Made by a program: the position numbers and the translations under genes. From the NCBI GenBank assembly GCA_963514005.1, contig OY740788.1, positions 40,486,001 through 40,550,000 on the forward strand: a DNA stretch of 64,000 nucleotides. Reading direction: 5' to 3'. Of the stretch, positions 51,930 through 64,000 are shown in pieces; the stretch's first letter is position 1; the number at the start of each line of letters is the position of its first letter. This stretch comes from Raja brachyura. Lineage: Eukaryota. Under the pieces are notes generated by a model. The model had not been told where the DNA came from. It did no database searches and worked only from the letters and a program-made list of their open reading frames with translations.

Positions 51930-52790
51930 TAGGTTATTATCATGTGCGCAAGTGCGGTGAAGTATAGGTACAAATTAAAAACTTGGTCGCAACACTATCA
52001 CAGGCAAATAAACTCGATAAACACACAAAAACATGAATCATACATACATTGCACACACACTTTTCAAGACAGTAAAAAGGAAGAAGACTGCAAAAATAAA
52101 ACAAAACATTCGTATAAAGCACAATGAGAGGACAGTGGTAGTATAAGAGGTGGTTCCCAATGTTCTGTTGTCAAAGTGGATGAGGGTTATGCAGTTGGTT
52201 TCAAGAGTTTTCGGAAAATGGCTGTCCCTGAACCTTGTTTAGTTTATAGATACAGCGCAGAAACAGGCCCTTTGGCCCACATAGTCCGCGCCAACCAGCG
52301 ATTCCCGCATACTTGCACTATCCGACACACTAGGAACAATTTCAATTATATCAAGCCAATTAACCTACAGACCTGTATGTCTTTGGAGTGTGGGAGGAAA
52401 CCAGAGATCCCGGAGAAAACCCACGCAGGTCACTGGGAGAATGTACAAACCCCATACAGACAGCACCCATAGTCAGGATCGAACCCAGACCCCTGGCACT
52501 GTAAGGTAGCAACTCTACCACTGGGCCACTATGCCGCCCTGGTGATGTGTGGCTTCATGTGTCTGTACCTCTTGCCTGATGGTACCAAGCAAGAAGAGAG
52601 CATGGCCTGGATGGCGGGGTGATAGATTCCACCTACTTGAGGCAGTGCTTCATAGGAGCATTTGGTGGGGAAGACTGCAGCCATGCGGGAAAGGGTAGAA
52701 TCCACTACTCTCTGCAACCTCTTGCGTTTCTGCATGTTAGAATGGCCATATCAGGCCATTATGCAACCAATAAGGATATATTGTAGCATA
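51930..52790 (-). mobile_element. Rex/Babar-like LINE 3' end, interrupted by a SINE
   Basis: Remnants KRLQRVV and PSGKRYR on the minus strand. The tail lies near 51930. Confidence 0.6.
52237..52539 (-). mobile_element. HE1-like SINE nested in the LINE fragment
   Basis: GTTTAGTTT tail..GGAGTGTGGGAGGAAACC..GGATCGAACCC..GCCGCCC. Confidence 0.87.
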
Positions 52791-52794
52791 AGTA

Positions 52795-53280
52795 GAAGAT
52801 AGAAGCAAAAAGCTGGAGTAATTCAGCAGGGGCAGGCAGCATCCCTGGAGAGAAGGAATTTTGGGTCGAGATCCTTCTTCAGACTATAGATATAGACAAT
52901 GACATAGAGAGGTATAGAACAATGAATAAAAGATGCAAAAATGTAATGATGATAAAAGAAACAGGCCACTCTTTGCTGTTTGTTGGGTGAAAATGAGAAG
53001 CTGGTGCGACTTGCGTGGGGGTGGGATGGAGAGAGAGGGAATGCCGGGGTTACCTGGTGAGAAATCAATATTCATACCACTGGGTTGTAAGCTGCCCAAG
53101 TGAAATATGAGGTGCTGTTCCTCCAATTTGCGTTTAGCCTCATTCTGACAATGGAGGAAGCCTAGGACAGAAAGGTCTTGTGGGACTGAGAAGGAGAATT
53201 AAAGTGTTTAGCAACCGGGAGATCAGGGAGGTCAAGACGGGACTGAGCGAAGGTGTTCAGTAAACACCTTCGCTTAGTCT
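52795..53280 (-). mobile_element. Penelope-like element 3' end (GIY-YIG endonuclease C-terminus, UTR and terminal repeat)
   Basis: EEQHLIFHLGSLQPSGMNIDFS is typical of PLE ORF ends, followed by CTGAAGAAGGATCTCGACCC. Confidence 0.8.
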
Positions 53281-55294
53281 GCCTGGATCTGCCATATGTA
53301 GAAGTTTGTTTGATTATTTGTTGCCATGCCAAATCTTTTAAACTTCTAAGAAAGTAGAGGTGCCGCCTTGGTGATTACATCTGTGTGCTGGGCCCGGGCC
53401 AGCTTACCCAAGATATTAACACCTTAATTTGAAGATGCTAACTCTCCCCACCACCAATCCAGCAATGAAAACAGGCGCATAGTCTATCAAATTCCCCCTT
53501 CTGAAGACAACTCATTACACCCATGTAACCACAGGCATAATCAGTGATTGTATAAATGGCATTGGAGCTATGCTTAGCCACATGGGTGGGTGTAAAGAGA
53601 GTGAAGCAGGGGGATAAGCAAAAGGCCTTGAGGGGCACATGCATTGATGGTCAGTAAAGAGGAGATGATACATCATAGACATTTTAATCACTTCTATATA
53701 TTCTGTGAATCGGTAAGAAAATCATCTTTGAATTGCTATTAAAGTAAAGGATAATTCTGAGAATATTACATCTCTGATGGTCTTTGCCCCTCCCGATATC
53801 ACTGGGTTCTCTAGGGTGAAGTATGATATTTATATTTGCATTGTACAAAAGCAAACAATAATTCACATTTGGAAGAATGCCTGCATTAAAAACAAGATCC
53901 AAGTAAATGATATGTAGTTTTCCACCCATCATACTGCAGCTCGCGTTGTACAATTCTGCGGTTAATCCATGTGTTTACTGCAACTTTATTCTTCATTCTA
54001 ATGGAAGAAGCCACAGCTGGTAAATGCTATATTTCATTTGGGTCAATAAAAAAAAAAACACTTGTTGTGTTATGTTTCCTGAGGCACTCTGAATGGAATT
54101 GAGGCAAAGTTATCAATCAAACAATATACTTTTCACTTTGTCTTTCCTTCATATATTCACAGATCCACCATAAAATGTGTGTGTTCTGTCTGGCAGTGCA
54201 TGCATATACATGAAACTTTGTGAAAATAGAGGTAACTGCTGTCGATTTGATAATGCAAAAGGACTCATGAAAAATTGAAACTGTTCTTATGAATCTTTAA
54301 TTAGAAGCAATGAAAAGGGAACGACTGGAGCCAAATGCTTTGTAACAATCATTCCTCATTGGTTACTTGCTATTATTCTTCCACCTTCACAAGCGCACAA
54401 TCACTTAAAGCTGACAAAAGTCACTTGAGGCTCAGACAGCTGTAGTGACACAAACACCTCTGCCACACAGAAAGCCTGTTGGCAAGTAATTAGTGCCACT
54501 TGAAAAGAGTTCTCTTTTCAGTTTTTATGTGTGTCTAATCCACTGTTTAACTCCTGTACATGAACCTCAGTTTTAGTTTTCCTTGTTCATAAGTATCTTT
54601 GATTCAGCCTCTCCCTGCTGCTCAACTCTTTCCCACTAGAGATACTAATCTTGCAGTGTGTATTCAGAACCTCCGAAGGATTTGCTTTCATTTTTGTTTG
54701 TCTCCCATGTCACCTTGTATGCAGTCTGGTCTGTGACACTGATGGTGATTATGTCATTATTTTGCTCAAGGGGGCTTTGACACATCTGCAAAGCTGCTGC
54801 ACATCTTCTTCCAGCACTGGCATACGGCCCACATCCCCGATGCTTCATTAGTCATCGCTGCCTGGCCCTCGCCAGACAAAGCGGCCGGCTCCGAGCTGCC
54901 TCCCCTCTGCATTGTCCATGCTGTGCCCCTTGTCAGCGCCTGTGATTGGTTTATTCATGTACCTCCTTTCCTTGTTCTCGCTCCATGTTCCAGATGTCCT
55001 GATTTCTGCCTGCATAAGCACAACCTCACACAATAAAAACAAGGTGACTTCTTAACCCATTGATTTCACTGTGACCAAAAATGACCTTGCCCACTCGTGA
55101 ACCAGAATTAAAAAATGTTCACAGTTTAGGGACTGCTAGTATATTGCACTGTTTTGTTTTGCGTTGTGGAGATGTTGAATATGTGCACGTGGGGAAGGGT
55201 GAGGGTGGGGGGGTCACTTGCCTGCTTGCAGACAGAATTTGACCATGTGACACTTGTTTGTGCATTAGTGGTTTTGAAATCTGAGCAGAACTAA

Positions 55295-55942
55295 CTCACT
55301 CCTGATTCACTCCTCCCTAACTCCACATCCACTCACTACCACCCACTCATTCCTCCCCCATGCTCCCCTGACTCACTCCACTCCCACCCCTCTGCTCGCT
55401 CACTTCTCACTTGATTATTTCTCACCCATGCACCCTTCACCCATCACATTCATTTCCTCACTCCTCACCTGTCCTTCCCCCCACTCACTCGCTACTCATC
55501 CTTTCACCCCTGACCCACTCACCAACTTAATCACTCTGCACTTGCTCATTCCTCATTCCTCACCTGTTTACTCCTCATTCACTCAGGTGCTCACTTGTCA
55601 CTCAGTCCACATCCACCCCTTCACTCGCTCGCCCCTCATTTGCTCAACTCACGCACTCATCCCTCACCCAACCACTCACCTCACAATTACTCGCTCGGCA
55701 CTCACTCCCCCCTCAATCACTCACACCCGTTCACTCCTCACCCATTCACACCACGCCCACTTGCTCACCCATTCCTCCTCACTCGCTTCTCACTTGCTCA
55801 CTCCCCACTCACTCCCCCCTCACTCACCCATTCACTCCTCACACTCACCCCTCATTCACTCACACCCAAACCTTCCTTTCCCACTCACACCACACCCACA
55901 TGCTCGCTCACGCACTCACTTCACACCCCCTCACCCACTCAT
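55295..55942. repeat. Low-complexity (CACT/CACC)n-like tract
   Basis: About 650 bp almost without G on the + strand. Confidence 0.88.
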
Positions 55943-56079
55943 TTTCATAACAAATTTTTATTTCACATAACTTAATATTGCAAGTTGCAAATGCGTCAAA
56001 TTGTAGGCAGGGTTTCATTAGCGCCACAATCTTTTTATATGCACAAGTTTGGCTCAATACTGGACATCTGGTGCTTTCT

Positions 56080-56113
56080 GGTCTGAAGAAGGGTCTCAAC
56101 CCGAAACGTCGCC
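56080..56113 (+). ncRNA. Minimal type-I hammerhead ribozyme motif
   Basis: GGU-CUGAAGA-A-GGGU(CUCA)ACCC-GAAAC-GUC-GCC. Both catalytic boxes, stem II and the GUC cleavage triplet are present. Confidence 0.65.
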
Positions 56114-56210
56114 TATCTCCTTCGCTCCTTAGATGCTGCTGCACCCGCTGAGTTTCTCCAGCTTTTTGTGTAACCCTCGATTCTCCAGCATCTGCAGTTC
56201 CTTCTTTAAC
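56080..56210 (+). mobile_element. Solo Penelope-like terminal repeat, 131 bp
   Basis: Perfect 16-bp TSD ACATCTGGTGCTTTCT at 56064-79 and 56211-26. Confidence 0.85.
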
Positions 56211-57007
56211 ACATCTGGTGCTTTCTTGTTGGGTTGATTTCCAGCCTCTTGTTTGTATATTGCATTTCAGAAGATGCCCAAACACACAATGGCCATAACT
56301 GGCCTGACTTTAATTCCTTGTCGAGCATTGATTCTAATTGGTCACTTTTAAGAAATAATTTGACCTTTAAAAAGGTAAATCTGACAACTTTATAGTGCTT
56401 TAAAAGCTGATGGGAATTCAGGGTGAACATTTTTGAAATACTACATACATGAATATGTTCTATACTTCAATTTTCTTGAGTAAAGAATACATCATATTCT
56501 GATGGACAGCAAAATTAGAGTCAGGAATGATTAATGATGTCAAATATTAGAGAAAGGGGCTTCTGATGAATTAACTGGATTTTTTAAAAAAACTCTTCAT
56601 CCTAACAATATATCTGAGATTACTTTAGAGATGTAAATTAATATGGCTTCCCAGCAAAAACATTTTCTTTAATTTTCTTTAACTTCACATGGACAGTTTA
56701 TATGCATTGGAAGACCCCACATTATTACCGTACTTACCTTATGAAAAATTATTTGTTGGTTTGCCTTATTTGAAATATCCTTTCCAAATCGAAGTAATCA
56801 AAAATGGCTGATCTCCCATTTCAGTTTGAAAGGATTCTGTGACAAAGTCATTTCAATTCCTTAATATTAATCGTTTATCAGATAGCCATTTATATGAGTC
56901 GTAGGATGACTTGATAGAAGTATATTTAAAGTCCATTTAAATAAAATTCACACCTAAAGGATTTCCTAGTGGAATAATATGTAATGTTTTTTAAATGGTG
57001 CATCATA

Positions 57008-57130
57008 TGGAAAGGTTTAGAGGGATATGGGTCAAACGCAGGCAGGTGGGACTAGTGTAGATGAGGCATCTCGGTCAGCACGAGCAAGTTGGCCTAAAGG
57101 GTCTGTTTCCATGCTATATGACTATGACTA
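57008..57130 (+). mobile_element. CR1 3' tail fragment
   Basis: GGAAAGGTTTAGAGGGATATGGG..CTGTTTCCATGCTATATGACTATGAC. Confidence 0.72.
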
Positions 57131-58514
57131 TATTATAGGAATATTGTTAATACGAATCAAGTGAGAACTTGCTTGATTTGCATTTGTGTATTTTTTTTCT
57201 TTTTTCTTTTAAATTGTGCAAATAACTTCTAAAAATTGAATGAAATTTGGACAGAAGCACTTGACTCAGTAACTAAACAAATAAAAAGAGACTATGTAAT
57301 TGTATCTGTCTACTCAATTGCAGGATATTTGTGCAAATTAAAAAATTAGACAAAGTGGTATATTTCTCAAAATATCAACGATCTAATAGATATTGACTGG
57401 AATTCTCAGCTCACAAGTGGTACCATTTGGGAGTTGGGACTGTTCAAGGAATGATAGCTTGAGTTCATAATGAACTAGATTAATTCTTAAGTTTTAAATT
57501 GCCTCATTAGACAAAGTTAAAGCTGTGGGATGCAAATAATATGTATTTTTAACAGCAAAGGCACCTGACATTGATGATCTTGGAAAATTTAGAGGGGGCA
57601 AAGAGGAAATACAAAATTCAATTAAAAAAGAATCCCACCATCTCTGTATTATCAGGAATCAATTGAAAACCAGATGACTTTTCTGTCAATTGTTGCATAG
57701 CATAAAGCTGTTTTCATAATATAATTTTCATCAAATTCCTGTGGGATTTCCACTCCCGAAAAATAACTCCATAATTGCACATCAACAGCTCTAGAGACAT
57801 CAATGCTATTAAGTAGATTATGCCATTAAGAAGTCCCACATGGTGATTTTAGTAGAAACATTTCAAACAAGTTTTTTTTTTTTTTTTGCAGCTAATCTGG
57901 CTTTAATAATCTTTTGGCATTATTCTTTACTGTCTGCTATCCCATCTGTATCTGTGAGTATTCTAATCTGCAACGATCGCACCAAGAAACAGAATTGTAA
58001 TTAAAAGATATGTTCCAATGTAAAAATAAAAAATTACAGACAATAAATAATAAACTATATATTGAAGCTCAATGTACAGAAATTGCATGAAAGCCATATT
58101 TCTTTTTACAAATCATACTGATAGAGTAATAGCACATACCAAGTTTAAGGAAAATGTGTTTGCCTAAAAAGTATTAGCTGCTTTTTAATGTTATTTTACA
58201 ATGCAGAGGTACAACTGCATCTGGGTAACAGGAAGGAAATGGCTTCCCTAGGCACAGGAAGTTTAAAGGAGCTATTTCCTCTTTGGTTCCTAAGTGATTA
58301 CAGTAAGGCTGTTGGAACTCCCAACTTCACTAATTGGTGTCACACCATATTTAATGGAACGGTGTGGCACTTGTATTGTTTTGTAAAAATACAAAGAGAA
58401 ATTTGCAAAAACTGGCACATTAATACTGTGTATTAAGACCTATGTATAGGTGTGCCAAATGTACTCCAGCACTAATAAATGATTTATAGGGTTCAAATTT
58501 GAACTTGTATCATA

Positions 58515-58990
58515 AAACATAGAATGTAGAACAGTAAAGCACAAGAACAGGCCCTTCAGCCCCTTGTGTCCCTGCCAAACCTAAGGCTAAGACCATCTCT
58601 CATCTATCTGCACATAATCCATATCCTCCCATTCCCTGCATAGCCATGTGCTTATCCAAAGGCTTCTTGAATGCCACTATTGTATCTGCCTCCACCTACA
58701 GCTGGCAACACATTCAGGCACTCACCACCTTCTTTGTAAAAAGAAAGTTGCCCGCATATCTCCTTTAACTACCCACACTCACCTTAAAGCTATGCCCTCT
58801 AGTATTTGATTCTTTCCATCCTAGGAAAAGGTTCTGACTTCTACTCTATCTGTCTCTCATAATTTTATATACATCTATCAAGTCATCCTGCAATCTTTGC
58901 TGTTCAAGAGAAAACAAACCAAGTCTGTCCAACCTCTCCTTACACAAACAAGGCAACATTCTGGTAAACCTCCTCTGCACTCTTTCCAAC
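58515..58990 (-). mobile_element. CR1 LINE 3' fragment
   Basis: AACATAGAA..GAACAGGCCCTTCAGCCC..GGCAACATTCTGGTAAACCTCCTCTGCAC. Confidence 0.75.
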
Positions 58991-59354
58991 GCCTCCTCTT
59001 CGCAAAATGAATAGTGGAGTAAAATCTTGAGGTGCCTATATTATTAATCACTTCATTTATTTATTTTATTTTTCTTTCCCAACCCATAATACAAATGTAA
59101 TTTGTAGCTTTTCATTGATATACTAAGCAATACAGCAATTTGTTATCTTGTCTTATTCCTTTAGTTGCATCGGACCTTAAGGCAATATTGAGGGGGAAGC
59201 TATAGCCTAGAAATAGCAGGTATGAAATTGGGCTCTGCTATTGACATTGTTTAAGGATTATTTGACATTTTTTGTTATAGTGACATTTGACAGAGTGGCA
59301 CAAGACATCATAGTTATGAAGATAACAGCACATACATATGCGTTACCTACTGGT

Positions 59355-60290
59355 ATTAGTTTATTATTACCAAGTAAACCGAAAAACAGTGAAACCTTCT
59401 TTGTGTGCTTTCCAGACAAATCATATATATGAGGACAATCAAGCCATAAACAAGTACGACAAGTAGTGCAAAGAGAAATGCGTGCAGAATATAGTGTTAC
59501 AGCTTACCGTGTTACAGTTGTAGAGAAAGTGCAAGTAAAAAGTAAAAAGTACAATATCGCAAAGAGGTAGATTGGGAAACCGCACCTGAACTTATGGAAA
59601 GACCTGTCAGTAATCTGATAATGTTGCGAAAGAAGCTTCGTTGAATCTAGCTTTTGTATCGTCTGTCTGACAGGAGAGGCGGGTAAAGTGAATGACCAGG
59701 ATGAAAATAGCCTGAGATTGAGTTGCTTATTTTCCTGAGGGGTATGAAGTGTAGAACCACTCCTTTGAGGGGGTGGTGGTAGGGGACACTGGTTGGTTTG
59801 ATGGGTTAGGCTGCATCAGCAACTCTCTGTAATTTCTAGGAAGGAACTGCAGATGCTGGTTTAAACCGAAGATAGACACAAAAAGATGGAGTAACTCAGC
59901 GGGCCAGGCAGCATCTCTAGAGGGAAGGAATGGGTGACGTTTTGGGTCAAGACCCTTTTGAAGAAGGGTCTCGACCCAAAACGTCACCCATTCCTTCTCT
60001 CCAGAGATGCTGCCTGTCCACAGAATACTCCAGCTTTTTGTGTCTGTCCCTCTCATTTCTTGTGGTCTTGAGCAGGGCTGTTGCCAATCCTAGTTGGTAA
60101 AAGGCATTGGAGACATGCCAAAATTCCTTAGTCTTTTGGTGTGCTGTAGATTCAATGTGGTTGGTCCAGGACAAATTATGGTTGGCATTTATGCCTAGGA
60201 ACTTGAACCTCTTGACTTCTCCACATCGGCACCAATGACGCTAACTGGGGCAAGCACGCCACCTCATTTCCTGAAATCAATAACTAGAAA
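59355..60290 (-). mobile_element. Degenerate Rex/Babar-like LINE 3' part, interrupted by a PLE palindrome
   Basis: Tail AGTTTATT at the left. The minus strand reads KFLG..WTNHIEST near 60150-60205. Confidence 0.5.
59839..60047. mobile_element. Head-to-head palindrome of Penelope-like terminal repeats
   Basis: Arms at about 59874-59959 and 59961-60045 are reverse complements, centred on the hammerhead CUGANGA box. Confidence 0.85.
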
Positions 60291-60514
60291 CAAGAGAAAC
60301 CAAATTAGTTTTCAGATGCAGATAGGGTGGGGAATGCATAGCAGTGGAAGGAGTTTCCTTGTGTGCTCAATCTGCATAACATCATGCACATAGGTTTTGT
60401 AAATCCCAGTCTTCTGTGCAATTAGCTGCAGCATTTCTCCATTACTTCCAAAGTCTTGTGAGAAGCTCAAACTTTGAACATGATTTCTCACTATGATCAA
60501 AGCTCTTATATCTA

Positions 60515-60779
60515 CACGGTGGCGCAGCGGTAGATTTACTGCCTTACAGCGCTTGCAGCGCCAGAGACCTGGGTTTGATCCTGACGATTGGTACTGTTTG
60601 TACGTTCTCCCCGTGTCCTGCGTGGGTTTTCTCCGAGGGCATCGGTTTCCTCCCACACTCCAAACACGTACAGGTATGTAGGTTAATTGGCTTGGTAAAT
60701 GTAAAAACTGTCCCTAGTGTGTTTAAGATAATGTTAATATGCGGGGATTGTTGGTCGGCGCTGTATAACTAAACTAAAC
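60515..60779 (+). mobile_element. HE1-like SINE
   Basis: A box TGGCGCAGCGG, B box GGTTTGATCC, core and (AACTA)n tail. Small deletion near 60760. Confidence 0.87.
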
Positions 60780-60879
60780 AGCAGTTTGAAATGGATGTTG
60801 CAATGCATGGGCAGGATGGTAGTGTTAGACCAGCTGTCTCCCAGCTCCTATAACCTGAGTCCAGAGAGAAGATGATCAG

Positions 60880-62062
60880 GAAATCGTAGACCAGTGAGTC
60901 TCACGTCAGTGGTAGCTATTGGAGTGGATTCTTCAGGAGAGGATTTATTCACATTTGGAAGAGAATGAGGATATTTGGGGACAGTCAGCGTGGCCTTATC
61001 CGTGGCCTGTCATGTCTTACCAATTTGTCTTTTTTGAGGAGGTGTCAAAACTGATTGAGGGAAGGGTACTGGACGTAAGGCATTAGATAAAGTAATCTCA
61101 TTGTCAGCTGATCTAGAAGATTAAGTTGCAATGGAATTCCACAGTGATTTGGTAGTTTGGATTCAGGATTGACTTACCATTAGAGGACCATGGGTGGTGG
61201 TCGATTGTGACCAGTGGTATTCCGCAGAGCTCTGTTCTGAGACTTCATAAATGACTTGAATGTAAATGCAGATGGGTTGGTTAGTAAATTTGTAGATGAC
61301 ACCAACATTGGTGGAGTTGCAGCCAGTGAGGAAGGCTGCCAAAGCATACAGCAGAATATAGATCAGCTTCAGAAATGGATGGAGATATGGCAGGTGGAAT
61401 TTAATCTGAGCAAGCATGGGGTTTTGTACTTTGGGAGGTCAAATGTAAAGGGACAATATACAATTAATGGCATTACCCTTAACAGCAGTCATTAAGAAAA
61501 GGATTTTGGACTCCAAGTCTACGTCTGAAAGTGGCAGCATAAGTACATAGAGTGGAAAAGAAAGCATATGGTATGCTTGCCTCCATTGGTCATGAATATA
61601 AGGATCAGAAAGTCATGTTGCAGCTTTATAGGACTTTGGTTAAGCCACTATGGAGTATTGCATGCAATTCTGGCCATCCCATTACAGGAAGGTTGTGGAG
61701 GCTCTGGAGAGGGTGCAGAGGTTTACCTGGATTAGAGGGTGGACAGATTCAGTTTGTTGTCATAAGAGGATGAGGGGGAGACCTAATAGAAACATATAAA
61801 ATTGAGAGGGTAGATAGAGTATAAATTCAGAACTTTATCTGCAGGATGGAAATGTCAAATACAAGAAGGCATTGCTTTAAGGTCACAGTGGGCGAAAGTT
61901 TAAAGGCGATGTGCCGGGCATGTTTTTCACACCGAAAGTTGTGGGTGCCTGGAACATAGTGGATGGTCATGGTCACAGCAGATACTGGCAGTTGGGAGAT
62001 TTTCTAAAATCAGGGAATAGATTGAAATGGATCAGAGGAGATTTGTTTAATTTGGTATCATG
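60880..62062 (+). mobile_element. Old CR1 LINE RT fragment
   Basis: SKFVDDT.IGG, WQVEFN..K..VLYFGRSN, KKAYGMLA and QLYRTLV.P, with many disruptions. Confidence 0.85.
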
Positions 62063-62074
62063 TTCACCGCATAC

Positions 62075-62215
62075 ATCTGGTGCTGTCTGTTTGGAGTTTG
62101 TGCGGTCTCCCTGTGACCATGTGAGTTTCCTTTGGGCACTTCAGTTTCTTTCCACATCCCAAAGACATGGTGGTTGTTGGGTTCATCGGTTATTGTAAAT
62201 TATCCTAAATGTAGG
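62075..62215 (+). mobile_element. HE1-like SINE core fragment
   Basis: GGTGCTGTCTGTTTGGAGTTTG..CCACATCCCAAAGAC..GTAAATTATCC. Confidence 0.65.
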
Positions 62216-63219
62216 TGAAATGGGGCATATTTTGGAAGAATAGGTTACAGGGAAATAAGTGGGGGAAATATGATTGATTATATTCCTCAGTGTGGTGGCG
62301 TAGATGCAATGGGCTGAAAGGGGATGTGGAAAAACATGAAATGGGAACTTCTGCCTCAATTAGTGAAATGAAAATGAAAAAATAAGTAGCAGATTGGAGA
62401 TGGGTGTTGGCATCATATAACTCCATGTGATGGGACATACATCTGGACATACATCAATATGGCCTAGAGACATGACCGCAAAACTATTAACATGGTCAAG
62501 CTTGCTTTATAATCCATGCTGAGGCCTAAACCTATAGTTGCAGCCTACATGGTTTCTGCAGTGCATGCACAGGGTTACATTTTGTAATGTAATTCATGTT
62601 AAATACTTGTGTTGCAAATGGACATAAAAACATACAACCATAAAAAATAGTAATAATAGTAGGCTAGTTGGCTCCTCAAAAGTTCTTCACCAGTTAATAA
62701 AATCAGAGTTTACCCGATACTTTAGCTTCACATTTGTATCTTATCTGCAGTAACCTTTCACCACATGCTTGTTTGGCATCTTTCTGCATCTGTCTCAAAA
62801 ATATTGAAGGACACTCCTTCCACTAGTCTTTGAAGAACAGATTCGCAATATGTCCCACTATTCAGAAATATCTTCTTCATTGCCTCATCTCTGTCCTATA
62901 AGGTAACCCCTTATTTTTAAGCATTTTTAGGTTCTCCCACAAGAAGAAACATCCTCCCTATATCCACTAGGCCATGGACCCCTGAGGATCTGATGTTTCA
63001 ATCTTCTGAATAAATATAGACAATCCCCATAAAATTTGTTAGTGCATGTTATACGCTACACAATAGAATTTCTAGCTCAGCTTCTAACAATGCAGCATGC
63101 ATTCACTTGTTTATAAGATGGCCCCAATTGGGCTCTGGTGTGGGGCTCAACTTTACCCTTTGGCTTTGCAGTGAAGAGATTGATCCAAGATTGATGCTAA
63201 AATCAAGATTTAAAGCAGT

Positions 63220-64000
63220 ATAGAGTCATACAGCATGGAAACAGGCCCTTTGGCCCAACTTGCCCATCCCCACCAAGATGCCCCATCTACCTTCGTCACA
63301 TCTGCCCACGTTTGGCCCATATTCGAATAATGCCTTTCCCATCCATTTACTTATCTAAATGTATTTTAAATGCTGTTGTAGCTGCTGTCTCAACTACTTC
63401 CTCTGGCAGTTCGTTCCATATACCCAACACCCTCTCTGTGAAAATGTTGCCCCTCAGTTTCTTATTAAATCTTTCCCTTCTCACGTTAAGCCTATTTCAT
63501 CTGGTTCTTGATTCCCCTATTCTGAGTTTTAAAAAACTGCACATTCACCCTATCTATTCCCCTCATAATGTTATTCGCCTTTATAAGATTACCCCCTCAC
63601 CCTCCTGCGTTCCAAGGAATAAAGCCTGAGCCTGCCCAATCTCTCCCTATAGCTCAGGCCCTCAAGTCCTGGCAACATCCTTGTAAATCATCTCTGTGCT
63701 CATTTCAGCCTAACATCATCCTTCCTGTGGCAGGGTGATGGAAACTGAGTACAATACCCTAAATGCGGCCTCACCGACGTCTTGTTACAAAACATCCCAA
63801 CTTCTATACTGAATTTCTTTGAAGGCCAATGTACCGAAAGCCTTCCTGATCACCCTATCTATCTGTGATGCCACTTTCAGGAAATTATGTATAAACACTC
63901 CCAGATTCCTGTGCCCTACAACACTCCCCAGGCCCTGTGGTTCACTGTAAAGGATCTATTGTGGTTTGACTTCTCAAAATGCAACACCTCTCACTTATTT
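63220..64000 (-). mobile_element. CR1 LINE 3' portion, running out of the window
   Basis: Tail AGAGTCATACAGCATGGAAACAGGCCC. The minus strand reads LVRPHLGYC.QF near 63745-63775. Confidence 0.85.

Noticed and set aside
54960-55055. Terminal PROX exon starting GTTCCAGAT (VPD..)
   Set aside because: No AG directly before it, and the following residues (VLISACISTT) do not resemble the prospero domain.
60515-60590. tRNA gene
   Set aside because: The A/B boxes belong to a SINE head that continues into the HE1 core. There is no complete cloverleaf.

Overview
Eukaryotic genomic DNA, AT-rich. The HE1-type SINEs and CR1/Penelope repeats point to a cartilaginous fish, probably a skate or ray. The window lies inside a prospero-homeobox gene (PROX1-like, + strand). 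It holds the 3' part of the large coding exon (to 650), a 108-nt exon (9618-9725) and a 195-nt exon (19453-19647). I did not find the terminal coding exon, so the last intron appears to be >44 kb. The first intron (651-9617) is a U12 minor-spliceosome AT-AC intron. The rest is intronic: CR1, Rex-Babar and L1 fragments, HE1 SINEs, three non-autonomous DNA transposons and many Penelope-like (PLE) termini carrying minimal hammerhead-ribozyme cores. One of these cores is intact, on the sense strand, and flanked by a 16-bp TSD. Repeat boundaries and family names were read by eye and are approximate unless a TSD or TIR is given.
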